Assembly (NCBI GenBank): GCA_023428065.1 | Contig: JAEYZI010000079.1 | Location: 4,700 to 68,699 of the forward strand | Direction of reading: 5' to 3' | Source: Actinomycetes bacterium | GTDB taxonomy: Bacteria; Actinomycetota; Actinomycetes; Actinomycetales; Microbacteriaceae | DNA: 64,000 nt | Part shown: positions 1 to 9,842 of the stretch, piece after piece | Position numbering within the stretch: the stretch's first letter is position 1 | Layout: each line of letters opens with the position of its first letter | Program-made: the position numbers and the translations under genes | The notes under the pieces: generated by a model | Seen by the model: only the letters and a program-made list of their open reading frames with translations | Told to the model about the DNA's origin: nothing | Database searches by the model: none

Positions 1-363
1 GAGATGCTCGGCAGGTCGGTGACGCTCGTCGACAAGTCGGCGCTCGCGGGGCTGCTCGACCCGAGCCAGCGCGACGGGCTGCTCTCGGCGGCGTGGATGC
101 TCGTGAGCGACACCCGCAAGAAGGCCGCCCCGAACAGGAGCATCACGATCCAGCTCGGGCCGCTCGCCCCGGCGGGCGACCCTCGCCCCGACCACCGCAT
201 CATCGTGCCGATCACGATCACGAGCGTCGGGATCCGACGGAATCGTGTCGATCCCTCGATCTGGGCCGCCCTCGGCCGGGTCGGGCGCTACTCTGACTCC
301 ACCGAGGGCGGAAGCCTCCGCGTCGACATCGAGGCGGCGGTCGACAATCCCGCAGACGTCTGA
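1..363 (+). CDS. C-terminal part of an ORF entering from the left edge; function unassigned (possibly partner of the adjacent response regulator)
   Basis: Frame-1 ORF open from base 1 to the stop at 361-363. It ends 30 nt before a LuxR-type response regulator. No diagnostic motif recognised in the visible 119 aa. Confidence 0.35.
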   Translation, partial: EMLGRSVTLVDKSALAGLLDPSQRDGLLSAAWMLVSDTRKKAAPNRSITIQLGPLAPAGDPRPDHRIIVPITITSVGIRRNRVDPSIWAALGRVGRYSDSTEGGSLRVDIEAAVDNPADV

Positions 364-393
364 CCTCACGACAACCCCCCGAAGGAGAACCGA

Positions 394-1056
394 ATGGCCG
401 CCCCGATCCGACTCGCCGTGGTCGACGACCACCGCATGATCCTGAGCGGGCTCGCCAACTGGATCCGCAACGCGACGCAGGAGATCGACGTCGTGGCAGA
501 GCTCGCCACCTGGCCGGAGCTGCTCACGCACCCCGCCTTCCCCGTCGACGTCGTGCTGCTCGATCTCGACCTCAAGGACAACATCCCCGTCGCCGTCAAG
601 ATCTCGGCGCTCAAGTCCACGGGCGTCCGCGTCGTGCTCATGAGCACCTACTCGGAGCCCAACGTCGTGCGCGAGGCCCTCGCGGCCGGCGCGCTCGGCT
701 ACCTCGTGAAAACCGAGGACGCCGCGATGATCGTGGAGGCCATCCGCGCCGCGTCGCAGGGCGAGAGCTTCATCTCGGCCGAGCTCGACCTCGCGATCAA
801 CGCATCCGACATCGGCGGCGCCCCCAAGCTCTCGGCGCAGGAGCGCCGTGTCATGGCCCTCTACGGCGGGGGCGAGCCCGTCAAGTCGGTCGCCTTCCAG
901 CTCGGCATCTCCGAGGAGACCGCGAAGAGCTACCTCAAGCGCATCCGCGAGAAGTATCGAGTCGCGGGCATCGACGTGGGCACGAAGGTCGCCCTGCGGC
1001 GGCGCGCGATCCAGGACGGCATCCTCATCCAGGATGCCCCCAACGGCACCTTCTGA
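394..1056 (+). CDS. NarL/FixJ (LuxR)-family two-component response regulator
   Basis: GAAGGAG RBS upstream. N-terminal receiver (RLAVVDDH, VVLLDLDLKD) plus C-terminal LuxR HTH (LSAQERRVMALYGGG...ISEETAKSYLKRIREKY). Confidence 0.9.
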   Translation: MAAPIRLAVVDDHRMILSGLANWIRNATQEIDVVAELATWPELLTHPAFPVDVVLLDLDLKDNIPVAVKISALKSTGVRVVLMSTYSEPNVVREALAAGALGYLVKTEDAAMIVEAIRAASQGESFISAELDLAINASDIGGAPKLSAQERRVMALYGGGEPVKSVAFQLGISEETAKSYLKRIREKYRVAGIDVGTKVALRRRAIQDGILIQDAPNGTF

Positions 1057-1072
1057 CGTCCACTGAGGCGGG

Positions 1073-2317
1073 CTACGCGGCAGGGATCGCGTCCGCGCGC
1101 CGCGCGGCCCGCGTCGTGACGGCCGCTCCCGCAGCGGCGAGCAGCACGCCGGGCGCGCACATCGCGAGGCCGACCCAGGTGGGCGCGAGGTAGCCCCAGC
1201 CCGCCGCGATGACGGCGCCGCCGAGGAACGCGCCGAGGGCGTTGCCGATGTTGAGCGCCGAGTGGTTGACGGCGGCGGCGAGCGTCTGGCTGTCGCCGGC
1301 GACATCCATGAGGCGCGTCTGGATCGCGGGCGAGAGCGCCGCGGCCGCGCCCCCGACCCCGAAGAGGAACCCGAAGAGCCCCACGGGCGACGACGCCGTG
1401 AGTCCGAGGCCCGTGAGGGTCACGGCGAAGACCGCGAAGCAGGCGAAGAGCGCGCGCAGCACGCCCCGGTCCGCCGCCCAGCCGCCGAGGAGGTTGCCGA
1501 CCGTCATCCCGAGCCCGAGGGTCACGAGCGCGAGCGGCACCCAGCCCTCGTCGAGGCGCGTGATCTCCGTCGTGAGGGGCGCGACGTAGCTGTACACGGC
1601 GAAGAAGCCCGTGAAGCCCACCGACCCGGTGAGGAGCGCCAGCCAGACGGCCGGCCGACGGAACGCCCCGAGCTCGCGGCGCGGCGTCGCACCCGGGTCA
1701 CCCGGCTGCCACGGCACCGTCAGCGCGATCGCGGCGACCGCGAGCGCGAAGATGCCGGCCACCGCGAGGTAGGCGATGCGCCATCCCGTCTGCTGCCCGA
1801 GGAAGGTGATGAGCGGCACCCCCACGACGTTCGCGACCGTGAGCCCCGAGAGCACGAGCGCGACGCCCCGCCCGCGATTGCCGGGGCCCATGAGCGACGC
1901 GGCGACGAGGGCGGCGATCCCGAAATACGCACCGTGCGGGAGCGCGGCGAGGAACCGGAACAGCACGACGAGCTCGAACGTCGGCGCGAGGGCGGACGCG
2001 GCGGTCCCGACCGTGAACGCGATCGCGAGTCCCAGGAGGATGCGGCGGCGCGGCAGCCGGGCCGCGAACACCGCGATCGTCGGCGCCCCGACGACGACGC
2101 CGAGCGCATATGCCCCGATCATGACGCCCGCCTGGGCGATCGCGTCGTCGGGCGCGGCGTGCCAGGTCGTGGGCAGGAGGTCGCGCGCGATCTGCGGCAG
2201 GAGACCCATCGCGACGAACTCGGTGGCGCCGATGCCGAACCCGCCGAGCGCGAGCGCGAGCAGCGCGAGACGCGTGCGGGCGGGCGAGACGGGCGCGAGG
2301 GGGGCTGCGGGGCTCAC
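1073..2317 (-). CDS. MFS transporter (DHA1/YdhP-like)
   Basis: 414 aa, about 12 hydrophobic spans. N-terminal GATEFVAMGLLPQIARDL motif typical of this MFS group. GTG start overlaps the upstream stop (GTGA). Confidence 0.85.
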   Translation of the reverse strand: MSPAAPLAPVSPARTRLALLALALGGFGIGATEFVAMGLLPQIARDLLPTTWHAAPDDAIAQAGVMIGAYALGVVVGAPTIAVFAARLPRRRILLGLAIAFTVGTAASALAPTFELVVLFRFLAALPHGAYFGIAALVAASLMGPGNRGRGVALVLSGLTVANVVGVPLITFLGQQTGWRIAYLAVAGIFALAVAAIALTVPWQPGDPGATPRRELGAFRRPAVWLALLTGSVGFTGFFAVYSYVAPLTTEITRLDEGWVPLALVTLGLGMTVGNLLGGWAADRGVLRALFACFAVFAVTLTGLGLTASSPVGLFGFLFGVGGAAAALSPAIQTRLMDVAGDSQTLAAAVNHSALNIGNALGAFLGGAVIAAGWGYLAPTWVGLAMCAPGVLLAAAGAAVTTRAARRADAIPAA

Positions 2318-3573
2318 GTGAGTCGGGACTCCGATCGGATCTCGGCAAGGAGGGCGGCGAGCGCCCAGGCGAACAGGGCGAGGTAGAGCACGTTGCGCAC
2401 CGAGAGCGCGGCGAGGATGACGGTGTCGAGCCCGAGCAGCCTCCCGTACCAGTACGGGTAGACGACCTGCGTGAGCCCCGCGATGACGATCCCGAGCGCG
2501 GCGGGCACACGGAACGAGGGTCCGCCGTCGAGGCGCGCCGTGACGAGCCCGAAAAGGACGGGGGCGGCGAGCCAGATCGCGAACTGCGGTGAGCCGACCT
2601 TGTTGAAGGTGATGAGCGCGATCGTGAACGCGAGCAGCAGGAGCGGCAGCATGCGGGCGGCGGCGACCCCGCGGCGCACCCCGACGACGCCGAGCACGAC
2701 GATCGCGAGCACGGCGACGACGAGCAAGGGCGTCGACAGCGAGGCAGCGAGCTCCGTGCCGGGACCGCGGAGCTGGTAGGTCAGGATGTCGTGGTCATAG
2801 TAGATCGACGTGCCCGCGTGCGCCCACGCGGTCCACATGGCGGCCAGGGCGAGGGGCGACTCGATCTGCAACCCCCGGTCCGTCTGCTGCGTGACGAAGC
2901 TCAGGAGGCTCGCGCCGCCCCCGAGGAGCACACCGGCGATGAAAACGACCCCGGTCGTGATGGCGGCGCTCGCGACGACGACCATGCGGGAGCGCAGGGC
3001 GATGACGACGGCGGCGACGAGCGCGGCCGGCCATACCTTGATCCACGCGGCGACGGTGAGGAGGGCGGCGCCGAGGGCGGGTCGGCCGACGATCACGAGC
3101 ACCCCCACGACGGCGACGGACGTCGCGAAGGTGTCGATGCGTCCGAGGGCGATCGGGCCGACCGCCACGAGGAACGCGATCCACCACCACGCGGCCGACG
3201 CGGTCGCGCGGTACGGACGTCCCCGATGCAGCAGCACGGCGAACGCCACGGCGTCGACGGCGAGCGCGAGTGCGAGCCACGTGCTCGCGTAGAAGGACCA
3301 GCCGAACGCCGCCGAGAGCACCATGGGGACGAGCGCGAGCAGCGGGTACACCCATGCCGTGTCGACGCCGACCCAGAGCCCGTCCTCGATGCCGCGGCGC
3401 ATCCAGAACTCGTAGACGATCGTCACGTCGCCCATGGGGAGACTCGGATGCGTGAGGCACACGAGCCCGAGCCCCAGGTGCACGAGCACGAACGCGCTCC
3501 AGAGGGTCACGGGATGCGTGAGAACGGCCCGCGCCCGGGCCCGGACGCCGGAGCCGAGCGCCGCATCCGTCAT
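2314..3573 (-). CDS. Polytopic membrane protein, GT87/DUF2029-like glycosyltransferase (tentative)
   Basis: Many TM segments. PMGDVTIVYEFW motif in the first loop resembles DUF2029 mannosyltransferases. Start set at the internal ATG (MTDAAL) rather than the ORF-track start at 3639. Confidence 0.55.
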   Translation of the reverse strand: MTDAALGSGVRARARAVLTHPVTLWSAFVLVHLGLGLVCLTHPSLPMGDVTIVYEFWMRRGIEDGLWVGVDTAWVYPLLALVPMVLSAAFGWSFYASTWLALALAVDAVAFAVLLHRGRPYRATASAAWWWIAFLVAVGPIALGRIDTFATSVAVVGVLVIVGRPALGAALLTVAAWIKVWPAALVAAVVIALRSRMVVVASAAITTGVVFIAGVLLGGGASLLSFVTQQTDRGLQIESPLALAAMWTAWAHAGTSIYYDHDILTYQLRGPGTELAASLSTPLLVVAVLAIVVLGVVGVRRGVAAARMLPLLLLAFTIALITFNKVGSPQFAIWLAAPVLFGLVTARLDGGPSFRVPAALGIVIAGLTQVVYPYWYGRLLGLDTVILAALSVRNVLYLALFAWALAALLAEIRSESRLT

Positions 3574-3686
3574 GAAGTCAGCGTATCCGCGGCGCGTGAC
3601 ACATCGTGACGACGTGTCCGGCGCGCACCTCGCGGACACGAGATGATGGAGTCACCCCCCTTCACGACCACAGCCCTGGAGGTTCC

Positions 3687-4523
3687 GTGTCCCGAATCCG
3701 CCCGTTCATCGCCGCCGCCGGCGCCGCAGCGCTCGCCCTGAGCCTCGCCGCGTGCGCGAGCTCGCCCTCCGCGTCGCCCTCGGGCGAGGACGAGGGCTAC
3801 GTCACGCCCGGCAAGCTCACGATCGCCACCGGCGAGACCGCGTACTACCCGTACGTCATCGACGACGCCCCCGAGTCGGGCGAAGGCTTCGAGGCCGCCG
3901 TCGCCTACGCCGTGGCCGAGAAGCTCGGCTTCGACGCCGAGGACGTCGTGTGGGTGCGCACGAGCTTCGAGTCGGCGATCGCACCGGGTCCGAAGAACTT
4001 CGACTTCAACATCCAGCAGTACACGATCACCGACGAGCGCAAGCAGGCGGTCGACTTCTCGTCGCCGTACTACCAGGCGAGCCAGGCGGTCGTCGCGATC
4101 GAGGGCGGCGCCGCCGACGGGGTCGACTCCATCGCGGGCCTCAAGGACCTCGTGATCGGCGCCATGGCCGGCTCGACGAGCGCCACGACGATCGACGAGG
4201 CCATCGCGCCGAACGTCGCACCGCAGCTCTACAACTCGAACGACGACGCGGTCGCCGCCCTCAAGGCCGGTCAGATCGACGCGCTCGTGCTCGACCTGCC
4301 GACCGCCTACTACGCGACGGGCGTCTACATCGAGGGCTCGTTCATCGTGGGCGAGCTCCCCGGCGCCGGCATCCCCGACGAGTGGGGCCTCCTCCTCCCC
4401 AAGGACTCGCCGCTCACCGCGAAGGTCACGAAGGCCCTCGATGAGCTGCGCGAGGACGGCACCCTCGCGAAGATCACGGATGAGTGGCTCGGCTCGGGTC
4501 AGGGCGTGACCCTCCTCAAGTGA
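3687..4523 (+). CDS. Polar amino-acid ABC transporter substrate-binding lipoprotein
   Basis: GGAGG RBS then GTG. Signal peptide with lipobox (LSLAAC). Family-3 SBP-like body (KLTIATGETAYYPY..., FDFNIQQYTITDERK). Confidence 0.85.
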   Translation: MSRIRPFIAAAGAAALALSLAACASSPSASPSGEDEGYVTPGKLTIATGETAYYPYVIDDAPESGEGFEAAVAYAVAEKLGFDAEDVVWVRTSFESAIAPGPKNFDFNIQQYTITDERKQAVDFSSPYYQASQAVVAIEGGAADGVDSIAGLKDLVIGAMAGSTSATTIDEAIAPNVAPQLYNSNDDAVAALKAGQIDALVLDLPTAYYATGVYIEGSFIVGELPGAGIPDEWGLLLPKDSPLTAKVTKALDELREDGTLAKITDEWLGSGQGVTLLK

Positions 4524-4543
4524 CAACGCGCTAGCGTCACCAC

Positions 4544-5419
4544 GTGAGTTCTCCACTTCCGGCCTCGAGCCGGCCGGCTCCCCACGAGCCGAGCCGGCTC
4601 GAGGTCGAACGTCGTGCCTATCGTCGACGGCAGCAGCTCCGCTCGGTGCTGATCGCCGCGCTCTCGACGGTCGTCGTCGCCGTCGTCGTGTGGGCGACGG
4701 TCATCAACACCGAGGGTTGGGCGGCCGTCCAGCGCTTCTTCCTCGACCCCGAGATCGCCTGGCGCTTCCTGCCGAAGGTGTGGGACGGGTTCCTCTTCAA
4801 CCTGCAGGTTCTCGCGATCTCGGTCGTCACCGTCGGCGTCGTCGCGCTCCTGCTCGCGACCTTGCGCACCCTGCGGGGCCCCGTGTTCTTCCCGCTGCGC
4901 GTGCTCGCCGCCGGCTACACCGACCTGTTCCGCGGGCTGCCGTTCATCATCGTGCTCTACATCGTCGGCTACGGCATCCCGACGATCACGAACACGCGCT
5001 TCTCGCCCGTCGTGCTGGGCGTGCTCGCGATCACGCTCACCTACTCGGCCTACGTCGCGGAGGTGCTGCGCGCCGGGATCGAGGCCGTGCACCCCTCGCA
5101 GCGACTCGCCGCGCGCGCCCTCGGCCTCGGCTACTCGCAGACGCTCGGACGGATCGTGCTGCCGCAGGCGGTGCGCAAGGTCACGCCCCCGCTCATGAAC
5201 GACTTCCTGTCGATGCAGAAGGACGTGGGCCTCGTGTCGATCCTCGGCGCAGTGGACGCCGTGCGCGCGGCCCAGAGCGCGGCCGCGCAGAGCTACAACT
5301 TCACGCCCTACATCGTCGCGGGGGTGCTGTTCATCCTGCTCGCGATCCCCACCATCCGCCTCACCGACTGGTACTCCGCGCGGCTGCGCGACCGCGAGCA
5401 GATGGGATCGATCGTATGA
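4544..5419 (+). CDS. Amino-acid ABC transporter permease (His/Glu/Gln/Arg/opine family)
   Basis: TM-rich, with the EAA-type loop (SAYVAEVLRAGIEAVHPSQRLAARALGL). Stop overlaps the next start. Confidence 0.85.
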   Translation: MSSPLPASSRPAPHEPSRLEVERRAYRRRQQLRSVLIAALSTVVVAVVVWATVINTEGWAAVQRFFLDPEIAWRFLPKVWDGFLFNLQVLAISVVTVGVVALLLATLRTLRGPVFFPLRVLAAGYTDLFRGLPFIIVLYIVGYGIPTITNTRFSPVVLGVLAITLTYSAYVAEVLRAGIEAVHPSQRLAARALGLGYSQTLGRIVLPQAVRKVTPPLMNDFLSMQKDVGLVSILGAVDAVRAAQSAAAQSYNFTPYIVAGVLFILLAIPTIRLTDWYSARLRDREQMGSIV

Positions 5420-6147
5420 GCGCGGTGCTGAGCGCGACCGAGGTCTGGAAGTCGTTCGGCGACAAGCAGGTGCTGCGCGGCATCTCGCTCGAGCTCGCCG
5501 CGCACGAGGTCGTCGCGCTCATCGGCCCGAGCGGTTCGGGCAAGTCGACGCTCCTGCGCTGCCTCAACCTGCTCGAACCGATCGACGACGGCCGCATCGT
5601 GCTCGGCGGCGACGACATCTCCGACCCGCGCGTGAAGCCGGATGCCGTGCGCGCCCGCTTCGGCGTCGTCTTCCAGCACTACAACCTCTTCCCCCACCTC
5701 TCGGTGCTCGACAACGTGACGCTCGCCTCGCGCGTCGTGCACGGTGTGCCCCGTCGGGAGGCGGAGGAGCGCGGCCTGCAGCTGCTCGACCGGATCGGAC
5801 TCGCCGACAAGGCGCGCGAGCACCCCGACCGCCTCTCGGGCGGTCAGCAGCAGCGGGCGGCGATCGTGCGCGCGATCGCGACCGACCCGGAGGTGCTGCT
5901 GCTCGACGAGATCACGAGCGCGCTCGATCCCGAGCTCGTGGGCGAGGTGCTCGACCTCGTGCGCGAGCTCGCGGCCGACGGCGCGACGATCCTCATGGCG
6001 ACGCACGAGATGGCGTTCGCGCGCGATGTCGCGCACCGGGTGCTCTTCCTCGACGGCGGCGTCGTGGTCGAGGAGGGTGCGGCGTACGAGCTCTTCGCAT
6101 CGCCGCGCGAGGCGCGCACGCGCGAGTTCCTCGCCCGGCTGGGCTGA
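5416..6147 (+). CDS. Amino-acid ABC transporter ATP-binding protein
   Basis: Walker A GPSGSGKST, signature LSGGQQQR, Walker B LLLDEITSALD. Start is the ATG overlapping the permease stop. Confidence 0.9.
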   Translation: MSAVLSATEVWKSFGDKQVLRGISLELAAHEVVALIGPSGSGKSTLLRCLNLLEPIDDGRIVLGGDDISDPRVKPDAVRARFGVVFQHYNLFPHLSVLDNVTLASRVVHGVPRREAEERGLQLLDRIGLADKAREHPDRLSGGQQQRAAIVRAIATDPEVLLLDEITSALDPELVGEVLDLVRELAADGATILMATHEMAFARDVAHRVLFLDGGVVVEEGAAYELFASPREARTREFLARLG

Positions 6148-6148
6148 C

Positions 6149-6964
6149 TCAGCCCCCGAGCACCTCGCGCACGACGCCCGGGAGCTCGGCGCACAGCTCG
6201 AGCACCGTGAACGGCCCGCCCCGACTCGCCCGCTCGGCCGCGAGGCCGTGGAGCACGGCGGCGGTCGCGGCGAGCGGGGCCGCGGTCCCCGCGTCGGCGG
6301 CGAGCTCGAGGGAGTGGGTGGCGAGGAGAGCCCCGAGCACGCCGGCGAGAGCATCGCCCGCCCCCGCGGTGGCGGTCCACGTCGGCGCGCACGTGACGTC
6401 GATGAGCCCGCCGTCCGGGTCGGCGACGTACGTCGTGTGGCCCTTGAGCAACACGATCGCGTCGAAGCGTGCGGCGGCCGCGAGCGCCGCTCCCGCCGCA
6501 TCCGCCGTCACGGCGTCGCGTCCGGTGCCGAGCAGCCGCGCGAGCTCTCCCGCGTGCGGCACGAGTACGCGGGTGCCGCGCGCCCGCTCGAGCATCCCGA
6601 GGGCGCCCGCATCGACGACCGTCGGCACGGCGTCGGCGAGCGCACGGTCGCGCATCGTCGCCGAGTACTCGTCGAGCGCGTCCGGGTCCTGCCCGGAGCC
6701 CACGACCCACGCCTGCACGCGGCCCTCAGCGGTCACCGCCTCGGGTCGCCGCTGCAGCACGAGCCGCGTCGGGCGTCCCGCGCCGAGGTAGCGCACCATC
6801 CCGACGCCCGTGCGCAGCGCGGCCTCGACACCCAGCACGGCCGCACCCGGGTAGCGGGCGGAGCCCGTCGCGAATCCCACGACGCCCCGCGAGTACTTGT
6901 CGTCGTCGGGCCCCGGCACCGCGATCCACGCTCGCGCCTGCTCCGCCCCGAAAATCGTCGCCAT
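6149..6964 (-). CDS. nnrD: ADP-dependent NAD(P)H-hydrate dehydratase (YjeF C-terminal domain family)
   Basis: DDDKYSRGVVGFATGS..YPGAAVLG and GAGDALAGVLGALLA motifs. Start placed at MATIFG. Confidence 0.8.
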   Translation of the reverse strand: MATIFGAEQARAWIAVPGPDDDKYSRGVVGFATGSARYPGAAVLGVEAALRTGVGMVRYLGAGRPTRLVLQRRPEAVTAEGRVQAWVVGSGQDPDALDEYSATMRDRALADAVPTVVDAGALGMLERARGTRVLVPHAGELARLLGTGRDAVTADAAGAALAAAARFDAIVLLKGHTTYVADPDGGLIDVTCAPTWTATAGAGDALAGVLGALLATHSLELAADAGTAAPLAATAAVLHGLAAERASRGGPFTVLELCAELPGVVREVLGG

Positions 6965-6986
6965 GGCGTCACGATAGTTTGGGAAG

Positions 6987-7628
6987 GTGAGCAACGCGGG
7001 TCCCGGTCGCATCAGCATCCCCGATCGGGTGGTGGTCTTCGACTACGGCGAGGTCATCTCGATGTCGCAGAGCGAGCACGATCGGCGCGCGATCCTCGGC
7101 ACCGCCCTCCAGGACGCGGACGACTTCTGGCCCGTGTACTGGCGGCACCGCGACGACCTCGACAAGGGCGCCGTCTCCGTCGTCGAGTACTGGCAGCGGG
7201 TGGCCGCCGACCTCGGCGTCACGTGGGATCTGCCGACGATCCAGCGGCTGTGGGCGATCGACTTCCGCAGCTGGATCAGCGTCGAGCCGGGCACGGTGCG
7301 CCTCATCGAGGAGCTCCACGCGGGCGGCACGCGCACCGCGCTCCTCTCCAACGCGGGCTTCGACTTCGGCGACGCGTTCCGCAACGCGCCGTTCGCGACC
7401 GTGTTCGAGCGCGTCTTCGTGAGCGCGGAGCTCGGACTGCTGAAGCCGGAGCCGGAGATCTACCGGCACGTGGCCCGCGAACTCGGCATCGAGCTCGACC
7501 GCATGGTCTTCATCGACAACAAGGCTCCCAACGTCGAGGGGGCCACCGCGCTCGGCGCCACGGGGCACGTGTTCACGGACGTGCCCCGCCTGCGGCGGTT
7601 CCTCGAGTCCCTCGCGGGAGAGCACTGA
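6987..7628 (+). CDS. HAD-family hydrolase
   Basis: VVVFDYGEVIS motif I-like N-terminus, LLSNAG motif II, FIDNKAPNVEGA motif III/IV region. Start codon uncertain. Confidence 0.7.
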   Translation: MSNAGPGRISIPDRVVVFDYGEVISMSQSEHDRRAILGTALQDADDFWPVYWRHRDDLDKGAVSVVEYWQRVAADLGVTWDLPTIQRLWAIDFRSWISVEPGTVRLIEELHAGGTRTALLSNAGFDFGDAFRNAPFATVFERVFVSAELGLLKPEPEIYRHVARELGIELDRMVFIDNKAPNVEGATALGATGHVFTDVPRLRRFLESLAGEH

Positions 7629-8711
7629 ATGCCCGGGCTCTTCGACCCCATCACCGTCCGCCGTGCCGAGATCGCCAACCGTCTGTGGGTGGCGCCCATG
7701 TGCCAGTACTCGGTGCAGGCGTGCGACGGCGTGCCGACGGACTGGCACCTCGTGCACCTCGGTTCGCTCGCTCGCGGGGGCGCGGGCCTCGTGATCGCCG
7801 AGGCGACCGCCATCTCGCCTGACGCCCGCATCACCCCGCAGGACACGGGGCTGTGGAACGAGGAGCAGGAGGCCGCCTGGGCCCGCATCACGACCTTCGT
7901 GCGCTCGCAGGGTGCCGTGGCCGGCATCCAGCTCGGGCACGCGGGCCGCAAGGCGTCGACGTTCGCCCCGTGGGGCTCCGAACGCTCGGGCTCGGTGCCG
8001 CCCGAGGACGGGGGCTGGCCCACGGTCGCGCCGTCGGCGGTCGCCTTCGAGGGCTACGCCGTGCCGCGTGCGCTCGCGACCGAGGAGCTCCCGGGGATCG
8101 TGCGGGGTTTCGCGGATGCCGCGGCGCGCGCCGTCCGCGCGGGCTTCGAGCTCGTGGAGCTGCACGCGGCGCACGGCTACCTCCTCCACGAGTTCCTGTC
8201 GCCGCTGTCGAACCTGCGCGAGGACGCGTACGGCGGGTCGCTCGAGAACCGCGCGCGCCTGCTCCTCGAGGTCGTGCGCGCGATGCGCGCGGCGATCGGC
8301 GACGAAGTTCCGCTCTTCGTGCGCTTCTCGGGCACCGACTGGGCCGAGGGCGGCTGGGACGTCGACGAGACCGCGATCGTGTCCCGCTGGGCGCGCGACG
8401 CGGGCGCCGACCTCTTCGACGTCTCGAGCGGGGGGCTCGTGGCCCACCAGTCGATCCCCGCAGGCCCCGGCTACCAGGTGCCGCTCGCCGAGCGGGTGCG
8501 CGGCGGCGGCGAACTCACGGTCTCGGCGGTCGGGCTCATCACGGATCCGCATCACGCCGACGAGATCGTGCGCTCCGGGCGGGCGGATGCGATCATGCTC
8601 GGCCGGGAGATGCTCCGCGACCCGCACTTCCCGCTGCGCGCCGCTCGTGCGCTCGGCGTCGAGGTGACGTGGCCGCCCCAGTACCTGCGCGCCCGCCGTC
8701 CCGCCGCCTGA
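7629..8711 (+). CDS. namA: NADH:flavin oxidoreductase, Old Yellow Enzyme family
   Basis: RLWVAPMCQYS, HLVHLGS, GIQLGHAGRKAS, ELHAAHGYLLHEFLSPLSN: canonical OYE motifs. Confidence 0.9.
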   Translation: MPGLFDPITVRRAEIANRLWVAPMCQYSVQACDGVPTDWHLVHLGSLARGGAGLVIAEATAISPDARITPQDTGLWNEEQEAAWARITTFVRSQGAVAGIQLGHAGRKASTFAPWGSERSGSVPPEDGGWPTVAPSAVAFEGYAVPRALATEELPGIVRGFADAAARAVRAGFELVELHAAHGYLLHEFLSPLSNLREDAYGGSLENRARLLLEVVRAMRAAIGDEVPLFVRFSGTDWAEGGWDVDETAIVSRWARDAGADLFDVSSGGLVAHQSIPAGPGYQVPLAERVRGGGELTVSAVGLITDPHHADEIVRSGRADAIMLGREMLRDPHFPLRAARALGVEVTWPPQYLRARRPAA

Positions 8712-8744
8712 CGCGCCCAGGCTCCTCGGGGCGGGAGCCCGTCG

Positions 8745-8807
8745 CCGCGGATCATCGCGGCGACCGACGCCCAGGCGAAGCCCCGCGGATTATCGCGGCG
8801 ACCGACG
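8745..8807. repeat. Two copies of a 25-nt unit CCGCGGAT(C/T)ATCGCGGCGACCGACG, period 38 nt
   Basis: Copies at 8745-8769 and 8783-8807, 24/25 identical. The second copy covers the last 5 codons plus the stop of the CNNM gene. The first copy forms an 8-bp hairpin (TCGCCGCG-GATCAT-CGCGGCGA). Confidence 0.6.
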
Positions 8808-9842
8808 ATCCGTCGCGTCCTGCACCTCTCCCACGAGCTCTTCGATGATGTCTTCGAGGAAGAGCACGCCGCGTGTCGCGCCGCTCTCGTCGAATACGCG
8901 TGCGACGTGGCTGCCGGCGCGCCGGAGCATGGCGAGGGCGTCTTCGAGCTCCATGCCGCGGTAGAGGGAGATGAGCTGGCGGATGCGCTTGGGCGGCACG
9001 GGGTCGTCGAACTCGTCGTCGTCGAGGTCGATGACGTCTTTGAGGTGCACGTAGCCGCTCGGCTCGCCGTCCTCGTCGACGAGGACGTAGCGGCTGAACC
9101 CGTGCTGGGCGACGGCGTGTTCGACGTCCGCGGGTGTCGCGTCCTCGGGGAGGGTGACGAGCGCGTCCATGCCGAGGGCGACGTCCGCGACCTTCTTGGT
9201 CGTGAATTCGAAGGCGTTGCTGAGGGTGCCGGTGGTGTCGGTGAGCACGCCTTCGCGCGTGGAGGTGCGAACGATGAGCTCCACCTCTTCGACCGTGAAG
9301 GCGCTCGTGGCTTCGTTCTTCGGCTGCACGCGGAAGAGCAGCAGCACGCCGTTGGCGGTCGCGTTGAGGGCGCGGATGACGGGGCGGAAGACGGTGGCGA
9401 CGGCGACGAGCGGCGGGGCGAGCAGCAGCACGGAGCGGTCGGGCACGGAGAACGAGATGTTCTTCGGCACCATCTCGCCGAACACGACGTGCAGGAACGA
9501 CACGAGCACGAGCGTGACGATGAATGCGACGGTGCCGATGACCTCCTCCGGCCATCCGGTGAGCGCGAAAGGCACCTCGAGGAGGTGGTGGATGGCGGGC
9601 TCGGAGACGTTGAGGATGAGCAGCGAGCACACGGTGATGCCGAGCTGGCTCGTCGCGAGCATGAGCGTCGCGTGTTCCATCGCCCAGAGCGCGGTCTTGG
9701 CGGAGCGGGATCCCGCTTCGGCGCGCGGCTCGATCTGGGAGCGCCGGGCGGAGATGACGGCGAACTCGGCGCCCACGAAGAACGCGTTGGCGGCGAGCAG
9801 GATGACGAGCCAGGCGAGGCCCCACCAGTCGGAGGCGTTCAT
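8790..9842 (-). CDS. CNNM/HlyC-CorC family transporter (DUF21 + CBS pair)
   Basis: Starts at the internal ATG (MNASDWW) overlapping the upstream stop (ATGA). DUF21 N-terminus (FFVGAEFAVISARRSQIE), CBS region, LEDIIEELVGEV motif. Confidence 0.85.
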   Translation of the reverse strand: MNASDWWGLAWLVILLAANAFFVGAEFAVISARRSQIEPRAEAGSRSAKTALWAMEHATLMLATSQLGITVCSLLILNVSEPAIHHLLEVPFALTGWPEEVIGTVAFIVTLVLVSFLHVVFGEMVPKNISFSVPDRSVLLLAPPLVAVATVFRPVIRALNATANGVLLLFRVQPKNEATSAFTVEEVELIVRTSTREGVLTDTTGTLSNAFEFTTKKVADVALGMDALVTLPEDATPADVEHAVAQHGFSRYVLVDEDGEPSGYVHLKDVIDLDDDEFDDPVPPKRIRQLISLYRGMELEDALAMLRRAGSHVARVFDESGATRGVLFLEDIIEELVGEVQDATDRRSPR

